DNA from: Escherichia phage vB_EcoM_LNA4
Sequence record: MZ311864.1
Strand: one strand, 5' to 3'
DNA length: 64,000 nt
This document shows positions 18,959 through 28,654 of the stretch, piece by piece (position 1 is the first letter of the stretch; every line of letters begins with the position of its first letter). Made by a program: the position numbers and the translations under genes. The notes beneath the pieces were generated by a model. The model was not told where the DNA came from. It searched no databases and worked only from the letters and a program-made list of their open reading frames with translations.

Positions 18959-19279
18959 TTATTGATCCTTCTGGCATTTGTAGACTTGTGACACACGGGT
19001 CACAGACTTTTTGGTTGGGTTGATAGATGACCCCTGATACCAGCGAGACTCTTCGCTCAGAACATTCCCCACCTGAGCATCCTTTTTAGGGATCACTGTG
19101 TCGATGCAGGTCTCACCCATACTATCCTTCATATGGGACCAAATGCTCAGAGAAAAACGCTCGATCTTGTTGCACACCTCGACCTTGCACATAGGTTCGG
19201 TCTGGAAATCATCATCTTCTTCCGCATGGGCGGCTCCAACAAAAGCCATAGCCAGCAGAGCAATCGTTAATTTTTTCAT
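18959..19279 (-). CDS. secreted/periplasmic protein
   Basis: Signal peptide MKKLTIALLAMAFVGAAHA; Cys-containing mature part. Confidence 0.5.
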   Translation of the reverse strand: MKKLTIALLAMAFVGAAHAEEDDDFQTEPMCKVEVCNKIERFSLSIWSHMKDSMGETCIDTVIPKKDAQVGNVLSEESRWYQGSSINPTKKSVTRVSQVYKCQKDQ

Positions 19280-19312
19280 TTGAATCTCCTCTTGAGATTA
19301 TTTGTTCAGGAT

Positions 19313-19519
19313 TTAGTAACGAGACCACTTCACGCGACCACCGTCGCAGATCAGTTTGTTCTCAACGACAACACCATCAGCACTGTTTGCGAGGCGTTGT
19401 TCACCGTTAGGCTTACAATTATGGGTGACGGTATCTGCGATGTCAACAACAATAAACACCGCAACAACAATTATTCCGACAACCACCAAGGGTTTAATCC
19501 AAGGCATGTGACCACGCAT
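19313..19519 (-). CDS. small membrane-anchored protein
   Basis: AAGGAG RBS then ATG (MRGHMPWIKPLVVVGIIVVAVFIVV...). Confidence 0.45.
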   Translation of the reverse strand: MRGHMPWIKPLVVVGIIVVAVFIVVDIADTVTHNCKPNGEQRLANSADGVVVENKLICDGGRVKWSRY

Positions 19520-19529
19520 TTTATTCTCC

Positions 19530-19724
19530 TTACCAGTTTGAGGCATCAACAATCATTGCACCGAAAATCAGCACAAAGACTTCAAACATGAACATACACA
19601 ATCCGCCGCCCAGAATGTCGTTAGTTTGTTGCTGGTAGTCTGCTGTATAAGCAAGACCAAGCGTGGTGAGCATTGTCAGTGCCATAAGGCACAGGACGGC
19701 ACAAATAAAGTGCGAAAGTTTCAT
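19530..19724 (-). CDS. small membrane protein
   Basis: GGAGG RBS then ATG (MKLSHFICAVLCLMALTML...); upstream part of the longer ORF is the terminator. Confidence 0.45.
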   Translation of the reverse strand: MKLSHFICAVLCLMALTMLTTLGLAYTADYQQQTNDILGGGLCMFMFEVFVLIFGAMIVDASNW

Positions 19725-19748
19725 AGGTCCTCCGTTATTAACTCCCAT

Positions 19749-19783
19749 AACAATAAAGCCCCTCAACCGTGAAGTCAAGGGGC
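19749..19783 (-). terminator. rho-independent terminator
   Basis: AGCCCCTTgacttcacggttgAGGGGCT hairpin with T-rich tail on minus strand. Confidence 0.55.
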
Positions 19784-19790
19784 TTTAAAA

Positions 19791-20189
19791 TTATTTTTTC
19801 AATCCAACAATCCAAGTTAACACGTTGTCTGGTAATTTGGTGATGGTTTTGTACATCTTCACTTCGTCCTTAGTGAGGACACGGATATTCTCATCAACAC
19901 CCACATTATTGTGGTAATCGAAATCAGCATCTCTCTCAATTAAGGTTAGATAATTCCCCTCGCCGGACTCTGGAACATTTCGATGATGTTTAGACCAGTA
20001 GCGTTCAGCGATAAATAGATCCCCTTTTCGATCCCCCGCTAACTTGACGATAAACTTATTCATAAGCTTATCACGAAGAATTATAGACAGGGCATGGGGG
20101 TCCAAACTATCAGCCACCCGGAGGACCTCAGCATCGCCCAGCTCCACATCCACGGTTTGCACCGTGGTTTGTGTGCCTTTTACCTTCAT
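19791..20189 (-). CDS. hypothetical protein
   Basis: 132-aa ORF. Confidence 0.45.
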   Translation of the reverse strand: MKVKGTQTTVQTVDVELGDAEVLRVADSLDPHALSIILRDKLMNKFIVKLAGDRKGDLFIAERYWSKHHRNVPESGEGNYLTLIERDADFDYHNNVGVDENIRVLTKDEVKMYKTITKLPDNVLTWIVGLKK

Positions 20190-20386
20190 GCCTTATCTCC
20201 AAGCAGACCTGGGGGGACAGGAAGGTCCTGCCAGTGTGTGACTGTGAGATTATTTCTGAAATCCCCATCATCCCAGCGTCCATCTTCTGAGCGGAAGGCG
20301 ATCCACAGGTTCTCACCATCAGTGACCAGAACGTATTTACCCACTGAAGGCAACCAAACTTTGCATGAAACCCAATCAGTAAACAT
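20186..20386 (-). CDS. DUF551-like protein
   Basis: 66 aa; W..LP...GKYVLV...THWQDLPVPP pattern. Confidence 0.5.
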   Translation of the reverse strand: MFTDWVSCKVWLPSVGKYVLVTDGENLWIAFRSEDGRWDDGDFRNNLTVTHWQDLPVPPGLLGDKA

Positions 20387-20388
20387 AA

Positions 20389-20862
20389 TTAAATCCTCGC
20401 TTTGTTATTTACAATAGTGGAGATAACCGACTGATTAACTCCGTATAACCTTGCTAACGCTCTCGTTCCACGATCCCTTGAATACGGAACATATGCATCT
20501 CTGATCTCAGCCACTTGTAAATCTGTAAGCTTATGATGAGGATGCTCCTCATTCTTAACAGGCTTCAAAAGTCCGGTCTCTGAGGCATGTTCCATATTCT
20601 CTTTTACGGTTGACCATTCGAGATTATCAACATGGTTGTTCTCTTTGTTACCGTCCTTGTGATTAACAAAGGGTTTGTCATCAGGGTTGGGAATATACTG
20701 CATTGCTACCAGTCTGTGAACAAGAAAGTTCCTAATCTTCCCATCTATAGTTGTATGAACCTTCATGTACCCATTTTTAAGACGGGTTTGTTTTATGACA
20801 TTGCCCGTCTTTACCCTGGTAACAACCTTTCCGTCAACACTAACAACGAACAGGCTGTTCAT
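20389..20862 (-). CDS. HNH homing endonuclease
   Basis: HRLVA...NHKDGNKENNHVDNLEW HNH core; sits beside the DNA polymerase gene. Confidence 0.65.
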   Translation of the reverse strand: MNSLFVVSVDGKVVTRVKTGNVIKQTRLKNGYMKVHTTIDGKIRNFLVHRLVAMQYIPNPDDKPFVNHKDGNKENNHVDNLEWSTVKENMEHASETGLLKPVKNEEHPHHKLTDLQVAEIRDAYVPYSRDRGTRALARLYGVNQSVISTIVNNKARI

Positions 20863-20888
20863 AAAACTCCTTATAAATCAATAACCTG

Positions 20889-23603
20889 TTAATGGCACTC
20901 GGCCCAGTTGCGGCCTGTTAAGTAAGCCCCAGTAATCATGACCGGAGAACCCATCATCTTAGCGGCTTTCTCGACACATTTCACAACCATCTCACCAACA
21001 GGGCAATACTGGATCTTGATCTTGCCGTCTTCACCAAAGATACCTTCGTAAACGGTGTTGCCTTCAGCATCTTTGACCTTTTCCCCATTCTCATCCTTGA
21101 CAGCTTTTCTCCACTCGTGACCGTCGAATACACGGCCCTTTGCTTCCCACTCTGTGACAAAGGCGGTAGCCTCTTCAAGAGTATCGAACTTCCATTTCTT
21201 CAGGTACTTTTTAGGGACCTGAAGCTGGTATTCATCGTGGTAGTAAATCAGGCGACGAACATCGTCATCATACCATCCACGCTTGATCAGTTCCCAGTGC
21301 AGCAGGATACCAACCAAGTCGAACAGAGAAGCACCACCATTCTGCTGGTAAGCATTCAGAAGTGAGTGCTTGGAGCGGGTCCAGATTTTACGACCATCTA
21401 AACCAGGAATGTAACGTTTTCCGGTTGCTTCCCAGAAGTTTTCAAGCCACTCTTTACGACCTTTCAACCCAAAGTTACTATCCCAGAAAGCATCAATTAC
21501 CGCCTGTGCTTTGTCAAGCGAGATGTTCAGCATTGCTGCAATCTTCGCTGCCTGAGCACCGTACATGATACCGTATGTTACACCCTTACCACCGTTACGA
21601 GTAACGAGAGTTCCGGACGCTTTGGTGTACGCCTCGGCGTTTCGTGCGTGAGCATCTCCACTTTCCATGATGCGGAGATATTCACCGCCGTCAAATTGAT
21701 ATGCACCCCATGCGGCGATCATACCTTCCAGGTTGGAACCGTCAATACCTACCTGATAGTATTCATCGGTGACACCCCAAAGCCCTCGCATCTCTTTACC
21801 CAGCAACACCTTAGGATCAGGTTTAGGCATGTTTGCACAAATGGTGTGCTTACAGCGGCCTGTGTTCGTGATCCCAGAGAACCTTGCTGGAAGTTTACCA
21901 TCAATCGCCAGGCGAGGGTGGTTCAACAATCCAGTGTCGTTCTTATCCTCGTCGATAGGGTCGAGAACAGAGCGACGGTTACGCAGTGACAGCCACTTAA
22001 CAATCTGTTTAGCCAAGTGAACATCAATGCGTTCAAGGTTCGGACATAGCTTACCAAAGTTATCCTTCAACTGTGGTGAGGTAGGCAACTGTCGTGCCTT
22101 ACGTCTGAACTTCTTGAATACCTCAGCATAACCCTTATCAGAGGCATGACGCAAGTCAAATTTTCGCTCAGAGATATTAAATTTTTCATCAGAGTTATTC
22201 AAGTGCTCAAGGATCAAAGACTTGTACTCAGATTCAGCAAGCTCTTCGATGTATTTACGAACTAGTTCATCCTGTTCCTCATCAGAACGGGCTTTTTTGA
22301 ACTGGTCCTTGGACACATCCTTCACACGCCACAGCGTAGGCTTCCAGCCTGCGTCCCTGATCAGGTATTTCTTGATGTCGTCCTGGTTAGAGATCTTCAT
22401 CGGAACCATCAGGTCAGGCATCTTCCCGTTTCGCAAATCCTCTTTAGCCTTCTCCATCAGGTCAGGAGGCAACGGAACAAGGGTGTTTTCCTTGTTAAGT
22501 TGAGACCGGATGAAGTCTGCAAAGTGCATAGGGTCTTCAACACCATTTGCAATGCAGTAGCGCTCTCCCGCTGCACTCACTTCTCCGTTGGTCTTAAAGG
22601 CGGTCTTAGGTGGTCCTTTGAACTCCAAAGCTTCACGATTTACCGGATAACCCAACTTGAATTCTAGCCAGTTCCAGCCGTGGTGTGAGATGTTTCCTGC
22701 ACCATCAAACGGGTTAGCTGGGAACTTTGGCTGTTGAGATTTTGTCATCTCTTTCATAGGAAGTAAAGGTTCAACCTCCTCTTCGATCTCGTGCATCATA
22801 ACATCAATGCGATCACGAAGTTTCTCAGCCTCATGCTTGTTGAACGGAACACCCTGAATCTCTTGCTCAATCATCAGGTAATCCGTCAGCATACGGCGAC
22901 GAAGAGCGTTTTTCCAGTTAATCTGACGCATACCTTCGGGTTTATCCGTATACATAAACTGCTTATCATCAGGCCAACGAGCACCAGTGGATTCATCAAT
23001 CAATGCTTTCCACGTCAGTTCGTTGATCAGAACGTCTTCCCACACACGGTTAACGTACTCCCAGAGTGGTTGGTTACGCCAGTCATCAATCTGAACTTTC
23101 TTGTTCGCTACACGATAACCCCATGCAAGTAAGCCATGCGGCCCCACACGGTCACGCTTCCCTGTCACAGGGTTCAGTACAGAATCAGGACAACCATTTG
23201 GTAACGGGCGGTCTGGGTACAGAACACGACTCATTGACAACGTATCGTACAGGTTGACCTGGGTGTCCCCGATAGTCCCCAGGCACTTAGGGTCTTTGAA
23301 CATATCGTATTCAATGCCGGACAGCTTCTTCCAGAGGCGCAGGTCGTAACCAAAGAGGTTATGACACGCAATCCCACGGCAAGTTTTAAGGAACGCCTCA
23401 AGCTCGTCATAAGAGCGGATCGTGAGATTGGCTTCCGTCTTGCTTCGTGCGTATGTTACCGCACTTTCGTACTCTGGGTGTGCAGGATCTAAAAACAGAT
23501 TCCAGTTGTTAACACCATACTCCTTTAACAGGGTGCAGTGGTACTTCGTTACCTCTTCTAACAGGCCATCGGCCTCGTTATCGAGTATAAATAAACCTTT
23601 TAT
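20889..23603 (-). CDS. family A DNA polymerase with 3'-5' exonuclease domain (T7 gp5-like)
   Basis: ILDNEADGL exo motif; RNGGKGVTYGIMYGAQ and YYHDEYQ polymerase motifs; ORF track starts at 23303 but the frame is open upstream to the exo domain with no ATG/GTG/TTG; 5' end set at AUA after AGGAGG. Confidence 0.8.
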   Translation of the reverse strand: MKGLFILDNEADGLLEEVTKYHCTLLKEYGVNNWNLFLDPAHPEYESAVTYARSKTEANLTIRSYDELEAFLKTCRGIACHNLFGYDLRLWKKLSGIEYDMFKDPKCLGTIGDTQVNLYDTLSMSRVLYPDRPLPNGCPDSVLNPVTGKRDRVGPHGLLAWGYRVANKKVQIDDWRNQPLWEYVNRVWEDVLINELTWKALIDESTGARWPDDKQFMYTDKPEGMRQINWKNALRRRMLTDYLMIEQEIQGVPFNKHEAEKLRDRIDVMMHEIEEEVEPLLPMKEMTKSQQPKFPANPFDGAGNISHHGWNWLEFKLGYPVNREALEFKGPPKTAFKTNGEVSAAGERYCIANGVEDPMHFADFIRSQLNKENTLVPLPPDLMEKAKEDLRNGKMPDLMVPMKISNQDDIKKYLIRDAGWKPTLWRVKDVSKDQFKKARSDEEQDELVRKYIEELAESEYKSLILEHLNNSDEKFNISERKFDLRHASDKGYAEVFKKFRRKARQLPTSPQLKDNFGKLCPNLERIDVHLAKQIVKWLSLRNRRSVLDPIDEDKNDTGLLNHPRLAIDGKLPARFSGITNTGRCKHTICANMPKPDPKVLLGKEMRGLWGVTDEYYQVGIDGSNLEGMIAAWGAYQFDGGEYLRIMESGDAHARNAEAYTKASGTLVTRNGGKGVTYGIMYGAQAAKIAAMLNISLDKAQAVIDAFWDSNFGLKGRKEWLENFWEATGKRYIPGLDGRKIWTRSKHSLLNAYQQNGGASLFDLVGILLHWELIKRGWYDDDVRRLIYYHDEYQLQVPKKYLKKWKFDTLEEATAFVTEWEAKGRVFDGHEWRKAVKDENGEKVKDAEGNTVYEGIFGEDGKIKIQYCPVGEMVVKCVEKAAKMMGSPVMITGAYLTGRNWAECH

Positions 23604-23629
23604 GATTCCTCCTATGCAAGGCTGCTTGA

Positions 23630-24253
23630 CTATACTGTCGCAGCGTCTTGTCTCATTTTATAAGCAATGCCTTTTAATCTCGCAACAAGATCGGGATTGG
23701 CATAATCCTTCTCTTCGTATTCCTCAACCATCTCGGCCAGCAATTTAGATTTTGCTAGCAACCATGCTTTATGGGCCTCCAACGCAGTCGAAAATCTACC
23801 CAGTGTTTTGGAAGATATCTGTGCTCGATAAAGCCCCCTATCTAAAGAAACACCCATTGGCAATCCATTCTTACTTATGGAACAGTTAACCAATAAGGAA
23901 TTTAGTTTTTTAGGGACAAAGACACAAGTATCTGGACCATAGACCTTGTTTCCCTCCACCAAGAGGTCTTTATCAAGGTCTAATCCTTCTCCGTTGAGCC
24001 ATGCCTCGTGGCATGGTTGTAACTGGACCCACTTTTTAAAACGCGAAAATACTAACCACTCTTCACAGACATAGACATCGGCATATGTTTTCCTCCTGGT
24101 TTTGAATTTTTTAGAAATACCCCTTTCCAACATACTCCTCCAAAGAGTGTGGTACGGGCATCTCCACAAGGTTACCTTTTTTCCCTCTATTGTTACTGAT
24201 TTGGTAACGGGATAGTCAGCATCGTTTATACCCATGCCACACTTATTGGTCAT
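23630..24253 (-). CDS. hypothetical protein (possible homing-endonuclease-like)
   Basis: 207-aa ORF between primase-helicase and polymerase genes. Confidence 0.4.
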   Translation of the reverse strand: MTNKCGMGINDADYPVTKSVTIEGKKVTLWRCPYHTLWRSMLERGISKKFKTRRKTYADVYVCEEWLVFSRFKKWVQLQPCHEAWLNGEGLDLDKDLLVEGNKVYGPDTCVFVPKKLNSLLVNCSISKNGLPMGVSLDRGLYRAQISSKTLGRFSTALEAHKAWLLAKSKLLAEMVEEYEEKDYANPDLVARLKGIAYKMRQDAATV

Positions 24254-24264
24254 AATAATCGTCC

Positions 24265-26280
24265 TTAGAACGGGGTATCATTCTCGAATTCTGCGGGGTT
24301 AGGAAGCTGAACAGGAGAATCCATAACAGGCGCTGGCACGTTGACCTTGCCTACCGGAGTCTCAAGTTGCAGAGATTGAATCATACCTTCAGGGCGGAGC
24401 ATAACCACCCCATCAAGTTTGAACATCCCGTCTTCCCATACCCAACCAGACGCATCAGTGAATTGTCCGTTTTCATCCATGATCATAGTGTCAGCAACAC
24501 CAAGTTTTTTGTGTGGGCGGTTCTTCATTACAACCACACGCACACGTCCACGAGAACGGTCTGGCAGTTCTTCTGGTTCAACACCTAATACAATCCAGGA
24601 TAATTGCTCCAGTGCAGCAGAACCACGCAGGTCTTCTTTACGTACAGGATACCAGAAAGGCAACATGTTGCCGTCTTTGTCCTTCGGTAGCTGAAGTTCC
24701 TTACGCTTCATGTGGCTAATGCTGAGAATGAACACATCGTACTGCTTACAGAATGCCGCAAGCTCGGTCATGATGTTGTCCAGATCTCGACGTTCGTTAT
24801 CCGACTTAAGGCCAGAGATAACCATGCTGAGGTGGTCAAGGATAATCCACTTACAACCATCCAGGAATACCATCTGCTTCAGCTTCTGAATCAACTGGTC
24901 CGTAGGGATAGAGCCGAAGTGATCAAAGATCTTGATCTTGTCTTCCTTAATCCATCGTTGGTGAATCTCCAGGTGCTGCTCTTCGGTCAGGAACTGCTCA
25001 GGGTCTGCCACGAAAGCTTTAGGGTCAACCTTCAACTCCTCAGCGTACAAGCTGTTTACAGATTCTTCCTCGTCCTCTTCCAGACGGATGATCGCAACCT
25101 TTTCATGTTCAGTCCAACCATCAAGACGAGGGATGCTCATATCTCGAAGGTAGTTCACAATGGCATACTCGATCTTACGTGAGATTGTTGACTTACCACC
25201 ACCAGAAGGGCCAGTTAGTGTCCACAACTCACCAGTACGAGGACCTTTTGTTAACTCATAAAGACGAGGCATACCAGGTAACGGGACACCATCTTTCTTC
25301 TTCTTGCGAAGGTTTTCGATGGTAATGTTGCTCAGGCTGATCAGTTTGTCAGGGACATAGCGATCTTCTGCCTTGGAGAACATGTTCCAGATCTCACGAC
25401 CCTTACCCGCATCGTACATGTCACGAACGTCTTTAACCCCGGAAGGATCATTTCGTTCATTGGGGTAACGTGCCACAAAGATGTTGTCTGTCAGCAGGAA
25501 TGCTGCCACATCGTCTGTTGCTTCTTTACCTTTCTTGACCTTACGTTCCTTTTCCAGAGCGGTTGCTTCATCGTTATCAAAACCGAGAACAACCTTCTCA
25601 TAGCCACGAATGAACTTCTCGTTATTGGCAAAGGTATCTACTGCGTTGGCTGTGCCACAGTTTAATCCGACAAACGGTAATGTCGGAACACCTGCAATCT
25701 CTTCACCGTTCTGAATAGAGGCGATACCTTTCAGAACGCTTGCAGCCCAATCCTTAACACCCTTCGGTGCATTAGGGCTTGCTTGCAGAGCTTTCACGAA
25801 CTCAAAACCTGCCTGCCAACCAGCGGTAACATCCCCCTCGCCCTCTACAATGAAGATCTGTTTACGACCTGCGCCCATAGCGGCTTCGTGTTGACCGAAG
25901 AACTGTGAAGCGGCCTTAACAGTCCCCACAACAGAAAAGTGACCTTTCTTCTCTTTCGGCAGGGTCCAGTCACGTTTTTTATATCCAGTCAGCTTACCGT
26001 ACTTGTCGTAATATGGCAAATAGGTGGCTGTGATCGTCACACCGTCACTTGGGGATACGGATGAACGGATCTTAAAATACTTTGCTGCGTCGAGAGAGAG
26101 GCTCATTTCAGGAACTGGCAGAATGCGGGTGCCATTGACTACAGATTCCAGGGTCTCTTCTTCACGTTGCTGATAACTCACTCTTCCTCCACGATTGCCT
26201 TTACTTCCAAAATTCTGCGCTTTCGGGTTCTCCTGTCCACCTTGTCGGTAAGCAGCCCAATCCGGACCATTTCCCATCAT
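24265..26280 (-). CDS. primase-helicase (T7 gp4-like: Toprim-like N-domain + DnaB-like helicase)
   Basis: Walker A GPSGGGKST, DnaB-like motifs, acidic C-terminus ending DTPF; no N-terminal Cys4 zinc finger. Confidence 0.75.
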   Translation of the reverse strand: MMGNGPDWAAYRQGGQENPKAQNFGSKGNRGGRVSYQQREEETLESVVNGTRILPVPEMSLSLDAAKYFKIRSSVSPSDGVTITATYLPYYDKYGKLTGYKKRDWTLPKEKKGHFSVVGTVKAASQFFGQHEAAMGAGRKQIFIVEGEGDVTAGWQAGFEFVKALQASPNAPKGVKDWAASVLKGIASIQNGEEIAGVPTLPFVGLNCGTANAVDTFANNEKFIRGYEKVVLGFDNDEATALEKERKVKKGKEATDDVAAFLLTDNIFVARYPNERNDPSGVKDVRDMYDAGKGREIWNMFSKAEDRYVPDKLISLSNITIENLRKKKKDGVPLPGMPRLYELTKGPRTGELWTLTGPSGGGKSTISRKIEYAIVNYLRDMSIPRLDGWTEHEKVAIIRLEEDEEESVNSLYAEELKVDPKAFVADPEQFLTEEQHLEIHQRWIKEDKIKIFDHFGSIPTDQLIQKLKQMVFLDGCKWIILDHLSMVISGLKSDNERRDLDNIMTELAAFCKQYDVFILSISHMKRKELQLPKDKDGNMLPFWYPVRKEDLRGSAALEQLSWIVLGVEPEELPDRSRGRVRVVVMKNRPHKKLGVADTMIMDENGQFTDASGWVWEDGMFKLDGVVMLRPEGMIQSLQLETPVGKVNVPAPVMDSPVQLPNPAEFENDTPF

Positions 26281-26286
26281 CTCTCC

Positions 26287-26433
26287 TTAAAATGGCTTAA
26301 CTACCACAGCTACATACCAATTACCGTCAACGGTGATTCCACCACTAATGTGGTAACCCTTTTCAAAATAGGCATTCAGTCGGTCTTCAAGATCCTTGAT
26401 GTCACGACACTGAAGGATTTGTACATTTTTCAA
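26287..26433 (-). CDS. small hypothetical protein (48 aa, TTG start)
   Basis: Protein-like ORF after AGGAGGG; not in ORF track (short). Confidence 0.3.
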   Translation of the reverse strand: MKNVQILQCRDIKDLEDRLNAYFEKGYHISGGITVDGNWYVAVVVKPF

Positions 26434-26441
26434 CTACCCTC

Positions 26442-27134
26442 CTACTTGTTTTCTTGATAGAAAGCCTCTGCAAAACCACGAGGCGTACAGCTACGGATGT
26501 TCTTAGTCTTGATAGACTTGCCACCACACTTCTTCCATCCGGGATTATCTTTGTGCAATTCCTTCACAGGAAGCTTTGTGGGCTGTTTTGCACCATTACC
26601 CATCCAAATACACGTCTTCTTGTTGTAAGCGTCTTGTGGAGGGTATACATGCGGATACAGAGGGTGTACGTCATCAGGAGGAAGATACCCGCCGTAATCC
26701 TTTGGATCAAACATGTAATCTGGTTTGCGATACATCGACGAGAGAACTCCAACCGGGTTCTCAAAAGCCCAAGGAACGCCGCATTCATTACCCAATTTCT
26801 CTACCAGCAGGCATAACTCCATCGCTTCCTTCTGGAAGTTAGGGTTAGCGGCGCGTTTTTTAGCCCAATGTCTTGAACCTGCATTGGTTAGGTGAGTACA
26901 CTCTGGGAAGCCAAAGACGAGGTGAACACCTTCACCAACCATCTCTGCGATCTCTGATGCTTGTTCGTTGGTTTTGTCATGGAAAAACCACATACCAACC
27001 TTAACCAGATTCCCTTCCCGGTGAATGCCGGGGGAATGCTGACCATCAAATGTCCAGACTTCATAGCCAGCCCTTAACCAGGGCTGTGCCATTACAGAGG
27101 TGTAATCATAAAGAATTATGATCTTCTTTGTCAA
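26442..27134 (-). CDS. C5-cytosine methyltransferase-like protein (degenerate motifs)
   Basis: FPEC and ENP at motif IV/VI-like spacing; no clear AdoMet GxG motif. Confidence 0.35.
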   Translation of the reverse strand: MTKKIIILYDYTSVMAQPWLRAGYEVWTFDGQHSPGIHREGNLVKVGMWFFHDKTNEQASEIAEMVGEGVHLVFGFPECTHLTNAGSRHWAKKRAANPNFQKEAMELCLLVEKLGNECGVPWAFENPVGVLSSMYRKPDYMFDPKDYGGYLPPDDVHPLYPHVYPPQDAYNKKTCIWMGNGAKQPTKLPVKELHKDNPGWKKCGGKSIKTKNIRSCTPRGFAEAFYQENK

Positions 27135-27144
27135 TCAACCTCCA

Positions 27145-27408
27145 TCAATGAAGAACTCGGACAACAGTCCCGTTCTCAATTTTATATTTTGCCTCTGCGG
27201 TAACCTGATGGTCTGGCTCGCCATTGATCATCATCGCGATGTTATGGGTTGTTCTGACTAGGGTGTAGTTCAGATACCCGTCTGCTTCATGCTGTGATAC
27301 GATGGTAAAACCTTCGTCCAGCAGTTCAGCCAATTCTGATTCGATATCCGCTTTTTCTCGCTCACTGATCTTGAACTCAACCAGACGGACAGTGTTCTTT
27401 CCAGCCAT
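27145..27408 (-). CDS. hypothetical protein
   Basis: 87-aa ORF. Confidence 0.45.
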   Translation of the reverse strand: MAGKNTVRLVEFKISEREKADIESELAELLDEGFTIVSQHEADGYLNYTLVRTTHNIAMMINGEPDHQVTAEAKYKIENGTVVRVLH

Positions 27409-27689
27409 TAAAAGCTCTCCTCTCGTTCAAAGCAACCTTCAATTTCTGCATTACGCAGATGTTCACGTAGGTGATGGTACAGGACATCATTTGGAATGTC
27501 AACGTAGATCTGGGCGGTGCTTTTGAATACAGCATAATACTCTAAATCCTGAAAACCGTTATAGTCCCAGTCGCTCTCTTTACTGTAGAAATCTGGCTTC
27601 TGAACAGTATAAAGTGCTTCGACCACCACAGCACCGTGATCAGGATGATCGTACTCAAACTCAATCTCTACTTTCTGTGGTTTAATCAT
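27408..27689 (-). CDS. hypothetical protein
   Basis: 93-aa ORF. Confidence 0.45.
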   Translation of the reverse strand: MIKPQKVEIEFEYDHPDHGAVVVEALYTVQKPDFYSKESDWDYNGFQDLEYYAVFKSTAQIYVDIPNDVLYHHLREHLRNAEIEGCFEREESF

Positions 27690-28183
27690 ATTGCCATCTC
27701 CAGATCTGACTTCAGTTGCTCATTCTCTTCAATCAGTGCCTTGATGAAGTAAATCAGGTGAGTTGCTGCACTGTTGCAACCATCCCGGTTAAGCTCGTCG
27801 CTTACTCGTTCTTTTACTTCCTTCCCGTATCCGCTGAGGTCTTCCTTTAAATAGGTACTCACAGCCTTCCACGCATTGCTTTGGCTAACGCGAGAGTCTA
27901 ACTCTTTCAGCAAACGCAAGATATTCTCAGGACAAGCCGTGGCGATGTAGGTTGCATCAACATCGTTATTCCACTGGGACAGATTACCTGTGCTCGCATG
28001 ACGTACAGCAGGCCCCATGTTCGGATCAGTAATGAAGACAGTCTCCATATTCTTATCATCGGAGAAAGCCACCATTGAATGACCGTGCGAATCGATCCAC
28101 CACTGCCCCGGTGTTGCATCCTTTGCCAGACGCTCAAGGTCTTCACGGAGCTTCTCGATTGAACGTTCCTTATTCATTATCAA
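27686..28183 (-). CDS. hypothetical protein
   Basis: 165-aa ORF. Confidence 0.45.
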   Translation of the reverse strand: MIMNKERSIEKLREDLERLAKDATPGQWWIDSHGHSMVAFSDDKNMETVFITDPNMGPAVRHASTGNLSQWNNDVDATYIATACPENILRLLKELDSRVSQSNAWKAVSTYLKEDLSGYGKEVKERVSDELNRDGCNSAATHLIYFIKALIEENEQLKSDLEMAI

Positions 28184-28493
28184 CGCCCTCGTAACGGGAC
28201 ATCGTTAATTGTGTGATGCCAAGAGCCACAGGCTCAGTAGTATCCACCACGAAGGTAACAGTCAGGTTATCTGTAGATTTAGAATCACTCAGATCCACAA
28301 CGATAAAGTCACCCACTTCCGGTGCGTCAGCGCCCATGTCGAGGAAAACAACAGCCTCAGCATATTCACCATCACCGATCACACGGAGCGTGATATCGTT
28401 ACCAGGCCCACGGGTGGTAAAGTCGTATACACGCACCTGCTTAGGCGCTTCATCTTCTTTGGCAAACAGCCAGTTAAACAGCTTTTTCAGCAT
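28170..28493 (-). CDS. hypothetical protein
   Basis: 107-aa ORF. Confidence 0.45.
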   Translation of the reverse strand: MLKKLFNWLFAKEDEAPKQVRVYDFTTRGPGNDITLRVIGDGEYAEAVVFLDMGADAPEVGDFIVVDLSDSKSTDNLTVTFVVDTTEPVALGITQLTMSRYEGVDNE

Positions 28494-28653
28494 TCTTCCG
28501 CTCCTTCAGTTCATTCTCGATATCGTTCAAACGATTCCATGCCTCAAGCTCTGCCTGTTGCATCTCGTCGTGATAATCGCGAGCAACGTCACGCAGTTTT
28601 AATAGCTTCTCTGTGGAAACCTTGCTCAGGTCAGTAAAGTCTTCAACCTGCAT
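28474..28653 (-). CDS. small coiled-coil protein (59 aa)
   Basis: GAAGGAG RBS then ATG; not in ORF track (short). Confidence 0.35.
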   Translation of the reverse strand: MQVEDFTDLSKVSTEKLLKLRDVARDYHDEMQQAELEAWNRLNDIENELKERKNAEKAV

Positions 28654-28654
28654 T

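Noticed and set aside
23422-23748. Plus-strand ORF 23422..23748
   Set aside because: Lies opposite the polymerase exonuclease-domain coding sequence and the end of the upstream gene.
26287-26444. Stop-codon readthrough from the methyltransferase-like gene into the downstream small ORF
   Set aside because: Codon phasing showed the TTG-initiated ORF is not in the frame of the upstream gene; it is a separate small ORF.
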